Shown here in pieces: positions 19,388 through 29,800 of a DNA stretch of 64,000 nt. Position 1 is the stretch's first letter. Each line of letters begins with the position of its first letter. The notes under the pieces were generated by a model. It worked only from the letters and a program-made list of their open reading frames with translations, was not told the DNA's origin and ran no database searches. Source of the DNA: Pseudomonadota bacterium (lineage in GTDB: Bacteria; Myxococcota; JACRCW01; JAFGSX01); contig JBDRCO010000068.1 in assembly GCA_043821645.1 (NCBI GenBank), forward strand, positions 291,802 through 355,801. The letters are read 5' to 3'. Made by a program: the position numbers and the translations under genes.

Positions 19388-19415
19388 AAGACGGGGGCGG
19401 AGCGCAGATTCTTCC
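19388..19415 (-). promoter_or_regulatory. ECF-type promoter driving the sigma operon
   Basis: GGAAGA-N16-CGTCTT on the minus strand. Confidence 0.7.
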
Positions 19416-19461
19416 ATTTTTCTTCGACCGACCCCACAGCGATTCCGGCTCAAAGAAATCC

Positions 19462-19489
19462 GGAAGATCTCGGCCCGAGGTCGCGTCTT
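19462..19489 (+). promoter_or_regulatory. ECF-type promoter driving the DUF1566 gene
   Basis: GGAAGA-N16-CGTCTT on the plus strand, boxes identical to the divergent copy. Confidence 0.7.
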
Positions 19490-19519
19490 TTGAGGGACAC
19501 ATGAAACCCGGAGAAGACA

Positions 19520-21295
19520 ATGCCTGGCACCGCCATCAAATCACCGCTCGTCCTTCTCATCGCTGGCCTTGCGGCTGTCGCAGCGTGCCCTGAGCTGGGC
19601 ACAAATCCTGGTCCAGAAGAGGATCAAGCGGCCGGCTCGCGCGCCATCGTCGACACCGGCCAAGACCTCTGCTTCGACGACGTCGAACCCATCTCCTGCC
19701 CGCAGCCGGGCGAGCCCTTTGCCGGCCAGGATGCCCAGCACGCGGGCCCCACACCCAGCTACAGGCTGTCGAGCGACGGGCTCACGGTGCTCGACCTGAG
19801 CACCGGGCTGACCTGGCAGCGATCGCCCGACACCGACGGCGACGGGACCATCGCCGCCGCGGACAAGCTGAGCTGGGCCGAGGCCCAGGCCCGCCCTTCC
19901 GAGCTCAACGCCATGGCCTTTGGTGGCCACGACGACTGGCGCCTGCCCTCGATCACCGAACTGTACTCGCTGATCCAGTTCTCGGGCTCCGACCCCAGCA
20001 CCATCACCGGCGACGACACCTCGGGGCTGACGCCGTTCATCGACGATGGGGTCTTTGACTACGCCTACGGTGACACCGCGGCCGGGGAGCGCATCATCGA
20101 CTCGCAATATGCCTCGGATACCTTGTACGCCTCGCTCGACGGTGGCCTGCTCTTCGGCGTCAACTTTGCCGATGGCCGCATCAAGGGCTACGGCCTGCAG
20201 CTGGGCGGTGCGGCCAAGACCTTCTTCGTGCTGTGCGTGCGCGGCACACCCGGCTACGGGGTCCAGGCTCTGGTCGACCATGGCGACGGCACCATCAGCG
20301 ACCTGAGCTCGGGCCTGATGTGGGAGCAGGCGGACAGCGGCGCGGGCATGGATTGGCAGGCGGCTCTGGCCTGGGCCGAGGACAGCAACGCGTCCAGTCA
20401 CCAGGGCCACAGCGACTGGCGGCTACCCAGCGCCAAGGAGCTGCAGTCCTTGCTCGACTACAGTCGTTCGCCGGACAGCAGCGGATCCGCGGCCATCGAC
20501 CCGCTCTTCGACGCCAGCGCGATCGTCAACGAGGCGGGCGAGGCCGACTACCCCTGGTACTGGAGCAGCACCACCCATCTGTCCTCGGACGGCACCGGCC
20601 ACGCGGCCGTCTACGTCGCCTTTGGTCGCGCCCTGGGCGACATGGACGGCAGCTGGCAGGACGTGCACGGCGCCGGGGCCCAGCGCAGCGATCCCAAAGC
20701 TGGTGACCCCGCGGACTTCCCCACCGGCCGCGGTCCCCAGGGCGACGCCATCCGCATCCTCAACCACGTGCGCCTGGTGCGCGATGCCGAGCTGGCCTCG
20801 TTCGACGAGGGACCAATCGCGGCCTTCAGCTGGTTCCTGTTCAGCCCGGCGCCCGGGTCGAGGGTGCAGTTCTTCGACGCCTCGCTCGGCGAGCCCGACA
20901 GCTGGCAGTGGAGCTTCTCGGACAACGGCGCCTCCAGCGTCGAGCAGAACCCGGTGCACAGCTTCGCGGCGACCGGCAGCTTCGAGGTGAGCCTGAGCGT
21001 GAGCAACGCCAGCGGAACCAGCGTCAAGACCCGCACCGTCACCGTCCAGGCACCGAGCAGTTCGGGTGGAACGGGTGGACCTCTCTCCTGCACCAGCCAG
21101 GCCGAGTGCGAGGCCCCGGGCGCCTGCCCTGTGCATGCCGCGCTGGGTTGCGGTTGCGAGACCACGCCGACGGGGGACCTGTGCATCCCGCTGTGTGGCA
21201 CCGCCGAGGACTGCCCGCAGATTCAGGGTCAGACCTTCACCTGCTCGGTGGATGGAACCTGTGTCCCCGAGGGGGGGCCGCCGCCAGGGCCCTGA
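19520..21295 (+). CDS. lipoprotein with two DUF1566 (Lcl C-terminal-like) domains, a PKD domain and a Cys-rich tail
   Basis: Two 'D..(T/S)GL.W....DWRLPS..EL' units; PKD 'W.WSF.D.G.SS.EQNP.H.F...G.F.V.L.VSN'. Confidence 0.85.
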   Translation: MPGTAIKSPLVLLIAGLAAVAACPELGTNPGPEEDQAAGSRAIVDTGQDLCFDDVEPISCPQPGEPFAGQDAQHAGPTPSYRLSSDGLTVLDLSTGLTWQRSPDTDGDGTIAAADKLSWAEAQARPSELNAMAFGGHDDWRLPSITELYSLIQFSGSDPSTITGDDTSGLTPFIDDGVFDYAYGDTAAGERIIDSQYASDTLYASLDGGLLFGVNFADGRIKGYGLQLGGAAKTFFVLCVRGTPGYGVQALVDHGDGTISDLSSGLMWEQADSGAGMDWQAALAWAEDSNASSHQGHSDWRLPSAKELQSLLDYSRSPDSSGSAAIDPLFDASAIVNEAGEADYPWYWSSTTHLSSDGTGHAAVYVAFGRALGDMDGSWQDVHGAGAQRSDPKAGDPADFPTGRGPQGDAIRILNHVRLVRDAELASFDEGPIAAFSWFLFSPAPGSRVQFFDASLGEPDSWQWSFSDNGASSVEQNPVHSFAATGSFEVSLSVSNASGTSVKTRTVTVQAPSSSGGTGGPLSCTSQAECEAPGACPVHAALGCGCETTPTGDLCIPLCGTAEDCPQIQGQTFTCSVDGTCVPEGGPPPGP

Positions 21296-21320
21296 ACGGA
21301 CGAGGAAGGGACCGCCGCGC

Positions 21321-23297
21321 TCAGGCCAGCTCACCCTCGGCCTTGCAGCGGCAGCTGATGCCGCCCATGGCGCTCAGGGTGGTCTGTGTGGACTCCCGAT
21401 CCAAAAAGTGCACGCGCGCGATGCCGGGATCGATGGCGCGCAGGTCCTCGATAAAGGCCTGCTCGGCGCGCGGGTCGCCGCCGAGCGGGATGTAATAGCG
21501 CTCGCCGCGGGCGTTCTGGCCCTGCTCGGCGTTCATGAAGTTCATGTTCTGGAAGTAGCCCTCCTGATACACGCCCGCGACCCGGTGCACCGTGAGCCCG
21601 GCCGCCTCGATGTCGCGGATCGTCCGCTCCTCGGCCACGGCGCGCTTCTCGGCCTGCTCCAGGCTCTGTGCGAGTGTGGTCTCGAGGTCCGTACCCAGCT
21701 CCTTCCAGAACGCGTGGTCGCTGTCGTACTGCTCGCGCACCGACGTCGGGGCGTCCGCGGGAGGCCGCTTGGGCTCGCTGGCCGCGTGGTCGGCGCGTCG
21801 CCACTCGGCCATGCGGCGGGCCGCGGTACGCACGTCGTTGACCATGACCTCGCCGGGCTTGATCAGGCTCATGTGCATGTCGATGTGGAAGTCGCCGGGC
21901 TGCTCGACGGGGATCACGCCCTCGGGGGCGATGCCCAGGTCGTGGGCCACCGCGGCGCGCAGCTCGTCGTCCGCGACCGGGCGCCCCAGGTCGCGCTGCA
22001 GGATGGCGCGCGAGTGCGCCAGGCTGTCCTTGCCCACCAGCGCGTAGCCGCTGCCGTCGGCGCGGGTGCCAACCAGCAGGTTGCCGCCCTCGATGTGACA
22101 CAGGTTGGCCTGCAGCTGGGTCCCCTTGGCCAGGGCCACACCAGCCAGCACTTCGTGCGACTTGCGGTCGGCGATGGCGCCGACCATCGAGAACGAGGCG
22201 TCCGGGTATTTCTGCGCGATCGACTTCTGGATCTGCTCCCAGGTGGCGCCCTTCCTGATTCTGGCGTCGGGGTACAGCCGCTGGATGCGTTCGCGGAAGC
22301 CCGCCGCGTACAGCGCGTCGATGGGCAGGGCCGGGGCCGGCACCTTGACGTTTCCCTTCACGTCGAGCTCGCCCTGGTCCTCGCTCCAGAAGTCGCCCTC
22401 GCCGGCCACACCGACCAGCTGCACGTTGTCGAGGCCGAGCTTGTCGAAGTCCTTGCGGTACGCCTTGACGAGGTCGATGGGCACCCGCACCGCGACGTTG
22501 AAGCCTTCGATCTTGCCGATCTGAGCCATCTGCCGCACGTAGGTGTCGCCGGTCTGATCCGCGCCGATCATGGCCATGTGGTAGGTGCGCACACGCAGCG
22601 AACCGTCCTCGGGGCAGATCCGCGCGGGCGGGGTGCCGCCGCCCTGCAGCGCCTGCAGGCGTGCCGCTGCGGCCTGGTCGAGCGCCTTGAGCAAGGTGGC
22701 GGCCTTGACATCGTGCAGTGCGACCGGTGGCGGTGGCTTCAGGTGCCGTAGCCCCTTCTTGGCGACGATCTGGCCGGCGCGTGGGCCGCTGAGCTCAACC
22801 GTGCGCAGGCGTTGCTTGTCCAGGCGCTGCTGCTCCTGCGGATCCGCGGCCAGCGTCAGTGAGGTGTCGAGCTGGTGCGCGGCGCGCTCGAGCCGGCGCT
22901 CGGCACCGCGGGTCATCTTGGATCCGATCATCAGCGCGCGCAGCGAGGCCACCCCCTTGCCTGTCGCGGAGCCCTGACCCTCGATCAGCGCGGCGATGGC
23001 GCCGGCGTCCCGGATATCCAGCACCCCGTCGTCACGCGTCAGCTTGTGCGCCAGCGCCAGTACACCGTCGTCCGGGATACTGAGCAGGCTCTGCAGCCGC
23101 TGGCGGGTGGCGGCCGCGTCAAAGCGATCCGCGGGCAGAGCGACCAGAGCGCCGAGGGCTGCACGTTCGCTGCGGGTCAAGCGCCCGTCGGCCAGCGCCG
23201 CGTCCAGCGCCCGGTCCATCCCAGCGCGGTCGATGCTGGGAGCGGCCTGGAGCTGCTGCAAGGTGCTGCGCAGGGCTCCCGGGCGGATGCTGGTCAT
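21321..23297 (-). CDS. pentein-fold guanidino-modifying enzyme (protein-arginine deiminase/amidinotransferase-like) with extra N-terminal helical region
   Basis: GGAGGT RBS; motifs WSED, IEGGN, FHIDM and C-terminal GGISC. Confidence 0.65.
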   Translation of the reverse strand: MTSIRPGALRSTLQQLQAAPSIDRAGMDRALDAALADGRLTRSERAALGALVALPADRFDAAATRQRLQSLLSIPDDGVLALAHKLTRDDGVLDIRDAGAIAALIEGQGSATGKGVASLRALMIGSKMTRGAERRLERAAHQLDTSLTLAADPQEQQRLDKQRLRTVELSGPRAGQIVAKKGLRHLKPPPPVALHDVKAATLLKALDQAAAARLQALQGGGTPPARICPEDGSLRVRTYHMAMIGADQTGDTYVRQMAQIGKIEGFNVAVRVPIDLVKAYRKDFDKLGLDNVQLVGVAGEGDFWSEDQGELDVKGNVKVPAPALPIDALYAAGFRERIQRLYPDARIRKGATWEQIQKSIAQKYPDASFSMVGAIADRKSHEVLAGVALAKGTQLQANLCHIEGGNLLVGTRADGSGYALVGKDSLAHSRAILQRDLGRPVADDELRAAVAHDLGIAPEGVIPVEQPGDFHIDMHMSLIKPGEVMVNDVRTAARRMAEWRRADHAASEPKRPPADAPTSVREQYDSDHAFWKELGTDLETTLAQSLEQAEKRAVAEERTIRDIEAAGLTVHRVAGVYQEGYFQNMNFMNAEQGQNARGERYYIPLGGDPRAEQAFIEDLRAIDPGIARVHFLDRESTQTTLSAMGGISCRCKAEGELA

Positions 23298-23476
23298 GGG
23301 CTCACACCTCCAGGTGGCGGGCACAGGGCTCCCTCTTCATACCCGCAGCCATCCTTATTTGTCGCGCCCGGATCCACAAACCTGGCCGTGGCTATCAACA
23401 TGGAAATACAGGACCTTCGAGATGTCGTGGGTTCAGCTGCCAGGAGGCCATCCCGGCTGTGGCTCCTCGACGTCGG

Positions 23477-25114
23477 TCAACCGCGAGCGGCGACCTCGCG
23501 CAGTCCAGGAGCTTCGCGGCCGGTACTGGCCACGTACTCGGTGTAGCCGCCGCCGTAGGCCACCACACCATCGGAATTGAGCTCGAGCACGCGGTTGGAG
23601 AGCGCCGACAGAAAACGGCGATCGTGCGACACAAAAAGCATGGTGCCTTCGAAGCTGGCCAGGGTCGTGAGCAGCATCTCCTTGGTGGCGACGTCGAGGT
23701 GGTTGGTCGGCTCGTCCAGGACCAGAAAGTTGGGCGGGTCAAACAGCATGCGCGCCAGCACCAGCCTGACCTTCTCGCCGCCCGACAGCGCGCGACTGCG
23801 CTTCTCCACGTCGTCGCCAAAAAAACCAAAGCCGGCTGCGAGATTTTTCAAGGTGCCGACGTTGGCCAGCGGAAAGGCGTCGCGAAGCGTGTCCCAAACA
23901 GTTTTGTCCGGCTCGAGCAGCTCCATGGCGTGCTGGGCGAAGTAACCCATCTTCACACTGGCACCCAGCGTGACCACGCCGCTGTCGGGCTGGATTTCTC
24001 CGGCGATCATCTTGAGCAAGGTCGTCTTGCCGGAGCCGTTGGCACCCAGCACACAGCAACGCTCGCCGCGGCTGACGATGTGTGAAAAATCGCTGTACAC
24101 CCGGTTGTCACCCCAGGCCTTGTGCACGCCCTCGAGCCTGGCCACCACCTCGCCGCTGCGCGGTGGTGTCTTGAAGTTGAACACCAGGGCCTTGCGGCGC
24201 CTGGGCGGCTCGACCCGTTCGATCTTGTCGAGCATCTTGACCCGGGACTGCACCTGGGAGGCGTGGGACGCGCGGGCCTTGAAGCGCTCGATGAAGGCCA
24301 GCTCCTTCTTGAGATTGGCCTGCTGGCGATCAAACTGGGCTTGCTGCTGTGCGTCGGCGGTGGCGCGGGCAGCCTCGTAAAAATCGTAGTTGCCGGAGTA
24401 GCTGGTGAGCTCGCCAGCGTCGATCTCGATGATCTTGTGCACCACCCGGTTCATGAACTCGCGGTCGTGCGCGGTCATTAAGATCGCGCCTTTGTAGTTC
24501 TTCAAAAAAGATTCCAGCCAGATGATCGACTCGAGATCGAGGTGGTTGGAGGGCTCGTCCAGCAACAGCACATCGGGGCGCAGCAGCAAGTTGCGAGCGA
24601 GCGCCACCCGCACCTTCCAGCCTCCGGACAGCGCACCAACGTCGCCGTCCATCATCGCCTCCGAGAAACCCAGACCGGCCAGGATCTCCCGGGCGCGCGC
24701 CTCCAGTTCGTAGCCCCCCAGGTGCTCGAACTCGCTCTGCAGCTGCCCCAGCCGCTCCAGCAAGGCGTCCATCTCGTGTTCCCGGGTCGGATCGGCCAGC
24801 GCGTGCTCGACCTGGTGGAGCTCCGCCGCGATCTCCGACACCGGGCCCACGCCGTTCATCGTCTCGGTCACTGCCGTGACCCCGCTCATCTCCCCCACGT
24901 CCTGGCTGAAGTGGCCCAGCCGCACGCCCCGATCGATGGAGACCTGGCCCTCGTCGGGTTCTTCTTCCTGGGTGAGCAGGCGAAACAAAGTCGACTTGCC
25001 AGCGCCGTTGGGGCCGACCAGGCCCACCTTCTCTCCCCGATGGATGGCAGCTGAGGCGTCAATGAACAGAATCTGTTTGCCGTGCTGCATGCCGATGGCG
25101 TCAAGTCGTATCAA
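23477..25114 (-). CDS. ABC-F family ATPase (ribosome-associated)
   Basis: Two NBDs (GPNGAGKST/LSGGWK/DEPSNHLD and GANGSGKTT/LSGGEK/DEPTNHLD), linker 'ERFKARASHASQVQSR', no TM. Confidence 0.95.
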   Translation of the reverse strand: MIRLDAIGMQHGKQILFIDASAAIHRGEKVGLVGPNGAGKSTLFRLLTQEEEPDEGQVSIDRGVRLGHFSQDVGEMSGVTAVTETMNGVGPVSEIAAELHQVEHALADPTREHEMDALLERLGQLQSEFEHLGGYELEARAREILAGLGFSEAMMDGDVGALSGGWKVRVALARNLLLRPDVLLLDEPSNHLDLESIIWLESFLKNYKGAILMTAHDREFMNRVVHKIIEIDAGELTSYSGNYDFYEAARATADAQQQAQFDRQQANLKKELAFIERFKARASHASQVQSRVKMLDKIERVEPPRRRKALVFNFKTPPRSGEVVARLEGVHKAWGDNRVYSDFSHIVSRGERCCVLGANGSGKTTLLKMIAGEIQPDSGVVTLGASVKMGYFAQHAMELLEPDKTVWDTLRDAFPLANVGTLKNLAAGFGFFGDDVEKRSRALSGGEKVRLVLARMLFDPPNFLVLDEPTNHLDVATKEMLLTTLASFEGTMLFVSHDRRFLSALSNRVLELNSDGVVAYGGGYTEYVASTGREAPGLREVAARG

Positions 25115-25467
25115 GGGCGTCGTCCTGCAAAGCTCGGGACTAAAATGGCTCTGGCCTGTCAGGCAGAAGACCTAGCATCTCCATGGTGCAGAACAAGCGG
25201 CACCCTCTGATCAACTCAGAAAGGTCGACCTTGCTCATCCCGGCGCTGGACCTCGTCTCGCTCGCGAAGAATACCCCGTGGTGGCCTCGATCCTTCGACG
25301 CCAACAGGGACGCTGTGAGCATCGAGACGACGGCACGATCGTGGGAGTAGTGAACCAACCTGGCCCAGTGGGACGAAGCTGGATTGTACGTGCAAGATCC
25401 CGCCGCCACCATAGTCAACGGCCAGGCTGTGCGTCCGCTCGAAGAGAGAACAAGCCAACCGCCGAAC

Positions 25468-26310
25468 TCACCAGCTCCAGGACAGGCAGTGCGCCTGGCA
25501 GGTGAGCGAGAGGGTGGTGGTGCCCCACGGCGTCATTGTCTGGGCACGGAGCTTCCACACCCCGGCCTCGGCGTACACGAAGCAACTCGAGGTATCGACG
25601 TCGGTCTCGGGTCTGGCGTGGTTGTGCGAGATGCTATTGGCGGTCAGGAAGCAGATGCTGCCCGCCGTCGGGAGCATGGTGGTGTTCACAGTCTGGCCCC
25701 AGTCGGCGGGGTTCGAGATGATCTTTGCCTCATACACACCGCTGACCCGCATGCCCTTCATGGCGGTCTCACCGGTGAAAGTCAGTCCGTTGTTGACGAC
25801 CAGCGCGCCGGTCGTGGTGGTACCGGTGACCGCGGCGTTGTTGTGCACCTCAAGGTTGTTGTGCACCGAAAAATCCGCGGCCGAGCTGCTCCACATCGAG
25901 TACGGCGTCGGGAACAGGCGTTTCTTGCCAGCCAACGGGATGGACTGCATGCCGTCATGCAGGGTGATGCCCACCAGGATCTCGTCGGCGTTCTCGATCG
26001 CCTGGACGAGCTCGTCCTAGCTGGTCTGCGAGGTCGAGCCAAGCTCCACGGCGAAGCGCCCTCGGTGAAAGCTGACGTTCTGGGTCTCTGTCCACACCAC
26101 GGTGCCGGACGCAGCAGCGTCAAAGAGGGCGACCTCCATGTCCATCGCGCCGCTCATCGCCACGCCGTCCATCTCGAGGACACCGCTGTAGGGAACCCGC
26201 ATCGGCACCTGCGAGACCGCGGGGTTGCCATCCGCACCGGCGGCAACCGAGTAGAAGATCACGACAAGAACCCAAAGGTCTGAGACAAGAACTCCAAAGC
26301 ATCGTGGCAT
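25468..26310 (-). pseudogene. secreted protein interrupted by one in-frame TAG (26017-26019)
   Basis: ORFs 26017-26391 and 25468-25974 share a frame and read through as ...GRFAVELGSTSQTS*DELVQAIENADEILVGI...RLFPTPYS. Confidence 0.7.
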
Positions 26311-26877
26311 ATGCTGCTCCCCCAGGGTGGGACACCGTCCACCGTTCAGCGAGCCAAGCTGAACCCCGATGAGGGGCTCCACTGGCGCCATCTCGGTCGA
26401 GCGTCCTGCACCATGTCAGTGTTCACGGACATGACGAAGGGTGTCGTTCTGGTCCCGTGGACCTGGACCTGCGGCAGTATGACCTCGTCGACTGGCTGGC
26501 CAGGGACCCAGGCACAGGTCGCGAGGCTCAACGGAGTCTGGTCCCCGCCATCCACAGTGGCGTCGCCAGCGCTGCTGGCCAGGTTGGCGTCGGTGATGAG
26601 GCGCTCGTGGGCGCAGGACAAACAAGCGCCATCCCCGCCTGTGCCACAGCTCCGCCTCCCCTTCCGGCAATGCAACCCCGTCGATGTCGGGCCGCCTGGC
26701 CCGGCCCCTCCGTCGTCACAGGCATCTTTTTAGGATCGCGGGTAGACCTCGGGCCAGGAAGTCCACACGGTCAGAGCGGCCTGGCCTCGAGGTGAGCGTC
26801 GCCGCGGGGATATCCTCGAAGCCTGCGGACAGCTCCGGCAGTGGCATACGCCGCGACACGAGGTGCGGCGTCGTGGA

Positions 26878-29800
26878 TCACGGCGCGAGGTAGCGCATCC
26901 GCACCTCGATGTGGTCGAGCGCCACGCGAGCCTCGCCACGACCGGACACGCCAGAAGGACGGCACTGGACGTTGAGCGTGCGATTGCCCTCGAGCAGGAA
27001 ACCGCGGGCCTCGATGGCAGAAGTGGCGCTCCAGTCGACCAGCGCGCCCGGTGGCGCAGGCAGGTAGGGTATTCCGGCGGCAGCGCTGGTGCTGTTGGCG
27101 GCGATGGGCAGCCAGGCCCCCGCTGGCGAGCCCGGGCCACCGGTGACCCAGCCCCGCAGAGTGGAGCCCACGTCACCCCCTCCGAAGGGGCTGAAGCTCC
27201 CGCCGCAATGCGCTCGGACCCGCACACCGGTCACGTCGTCGCGAAGGAAGCCTGCTGTCGAGAAATCTGCCCCGAACTGGAAGCCGGGCTGGCCCGCCGC
27301 ACCGCCGTCGTACTCCCAGGTGTCCTGCCGACCCCCGATGCTGCCGGCCCAGCCACCGAACAGCACGACGCGTTCCCTCGCCTCGTCGTAGGCCAGTGCG
27401 TGATCATGCCGGGGAATGGGCAGCACGGACTCGGGTTGACGCTGCGACCAGCTCGAGCCGTCCCACTCCCAGGTGTCGCCGACGATGAACGAGGCGTTGC
27501 TGTCGCTGCCGCCGAACAGCACCACTCGAGCCGTCGACGCGTCGAAGGTCATGCCGAACCGCGATCGCGCCCGGGGATTTCCCTGTGCTGGCGTGCGCTC
27601 GGTCCAGCCCGAGCCGTCCCACTCCCAGGTATCCTGCAACGCAACCGAGTTGTACCCGCCGAACAGCACCACGCGCTGGCGCCTGCTGTCGTAAGCCAGG
27701 CCATGACTGTAGCGGACAGGCGGATTGCCGGAAGCCGGCGTGACATTGGTCCAGCTGGTCCCGTTCCAGGCCCAGGTGTCCTGCTGTGGCCCGGAGGAGT
27801 AGCCACCAAACAGCAGCACCTGGGACCGCGCCGCGTCATAAACCAAAGCGCCGTAGGAGCGCGCCGGGGGATTGCCCGAGCTCGGCGTGACGTTGCTCCA
27901 GCTGGACCCGTCCCACTCCCAGGTGTCCTGCAGGCGGCTACCGCCGCTGCTGTAGCCACCGAAGAGCACCATGCGATCGCGCACCCCGTCGTGGGCCAGG
28001 CCGTGGGCATAGCGCGCAGGCGGGTTGCCCGACACCGGCGTCACGTCGGTCCAGTTCTGGCCATTCCACAGCCAGGTGTCCTGGGATGCGCCCCCGGACT
28101 GCCTGTCTCCTCCAAACAGCAGCACCTGAGCGTGTGCGCTGTCGTAGGCCATGGCGTGCCAGTGACGGGCACTCGGCACCGCAACCGTGGGTGTGCTGTC
28201 CCGCCAGCCCTGGCCATCCCATTCCCAGGTATCGGCAGGTTGCCCGGGGTTGAGAAAACCCGAGAACATCACCGCGCGGCCGCGCAGCGTGTCGTAGGCC
28301 ATGGCGAAGGTGTAGCGCGCTGCCGGCTTGGTCGTCGTCGGAGTTTTTTCGATCCAGCTCAGGCCGTCCCATTCCCAGCAGTCCTGCAGCAAGCCCGCTG
28401 TGCTGGCCGAACCACCGAACACCAGCACCCGTTCACGCACACTGTCCCACACCGCGGCGCCGTAAAAGCGTGCGGGCGGGTTGTTCGATCCAGGGGTGGC
28501 GTTGGCCCAGCGCTGGCCGTCCCACTCCCAGGTCTCCTGCCGCACGGCCCCGTCGTAGCCCCCGAACAGCACGACCCGCTCGCGCAGCGTGTCGTAGGCC
28601 ATGCTGTGGCCGAAGCGACCCGAGGGGCTGCCCGAGGGTGGAAACTTCTGCTGCCACCGCGAGCCATCCCACTCCCAGGTGTCGGCGAGGCGGGAACCGC
28701 TGCGCAGCCCGCCAAACAGAACCACGCGCCCACGCGCGCTGTCGTAGGCCATGGCGTGCTGGCTGCGAGTCATGGGATTGCCCGCGGTCGGGGTGCGGTC
28801 GATCCAGGTCTGGCCATCCCACTCCCACGTATCCTGCAGCAGTCCGGAATCTCCACTGCCGCCGAACAGCACGATGCGACCCCGCGCGCTGTCGTAGACC
28901 ATGGCGTTCATGCTGCGCGCTGGCGGGCTCGCCGTCGCCGGCGTGCGATCCTCCCAGGTTGAGCCATCCCACTCCCAGGTATCGGGGTGGCGGGAGCTGC
29001 TACCAAAGAGCACCACCCGGCCGCGGGCGCTGTCGAAGGCCATGGCGTGCGAGTTCCGCGCAGCCGGACTCACAGATGATGTGGCCCTGGCCAGCCAGGC
29101 CGAACGCGCACTTTGCAGCGCTGCCTCGCCGTCGACACCCCAGGTCTCGGATCCGACCGGATGGGAACTGCCGGAGTCGCGAACCAGCGTCTCGCCGATG
29201 CGGCCGCTGGCCTCGAGCTGGTTCGGACTCGGGCCAAAGGCCGGGGGGTTGGCCGTCGCCACCCACTCGGCGCTATCGACCCGAACCAGGGCCGAGGCGT
29301 TGCAGGCGGGATCCAGACCGTTTACATAGACAGTGGGCGTGTCGACGTTGGCCAGTCGTAACCGTGGCCAGCTGCCGTTACCATTGGCCACCATGGTGCC
29401 CAGCAAGGACCCCATGGCAGCGTCCGACCACACCTGCACCAGCGCTGGCACTCCCTCGTCCAGCGCCAGGGCCCCCGCTGCCAGCGTGCTCTGACCGGAC
29501 AGGGTCTCGGCAGGTGCCAGGGCGAAGTAGGGTCCAGCGGGGATCGTGAAGCCGCCCAGGTTCTCGGAGGTGGTGCTGCCCCAGGGTGAGCGCAGGTAGC
29601 GAAGCGCCGTCTGGTCCACGAGCATGCTTGGCGCCACGGTGTCCACCACCAGGGGCAGCGCCACATCGAGATCGAGGGTGGCGGCATTGCCCACCGTGTC
29701 CACGACGTCCGCCTCGAGGGTGTGCAAACCCTGCATCGTGGCCTCGCCGTTCAGGGTCTTGTCGAAGCTGAACGAGGTCACCGAGCCCGAGCGGTGTGCA

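Noticed and set aside
25140-25418. 92-aa minus-strand ORF, and the 109-aa ORF at 26346-26675
   Set aside because: No convincing start or motif; possibly remnants, but not supportable.
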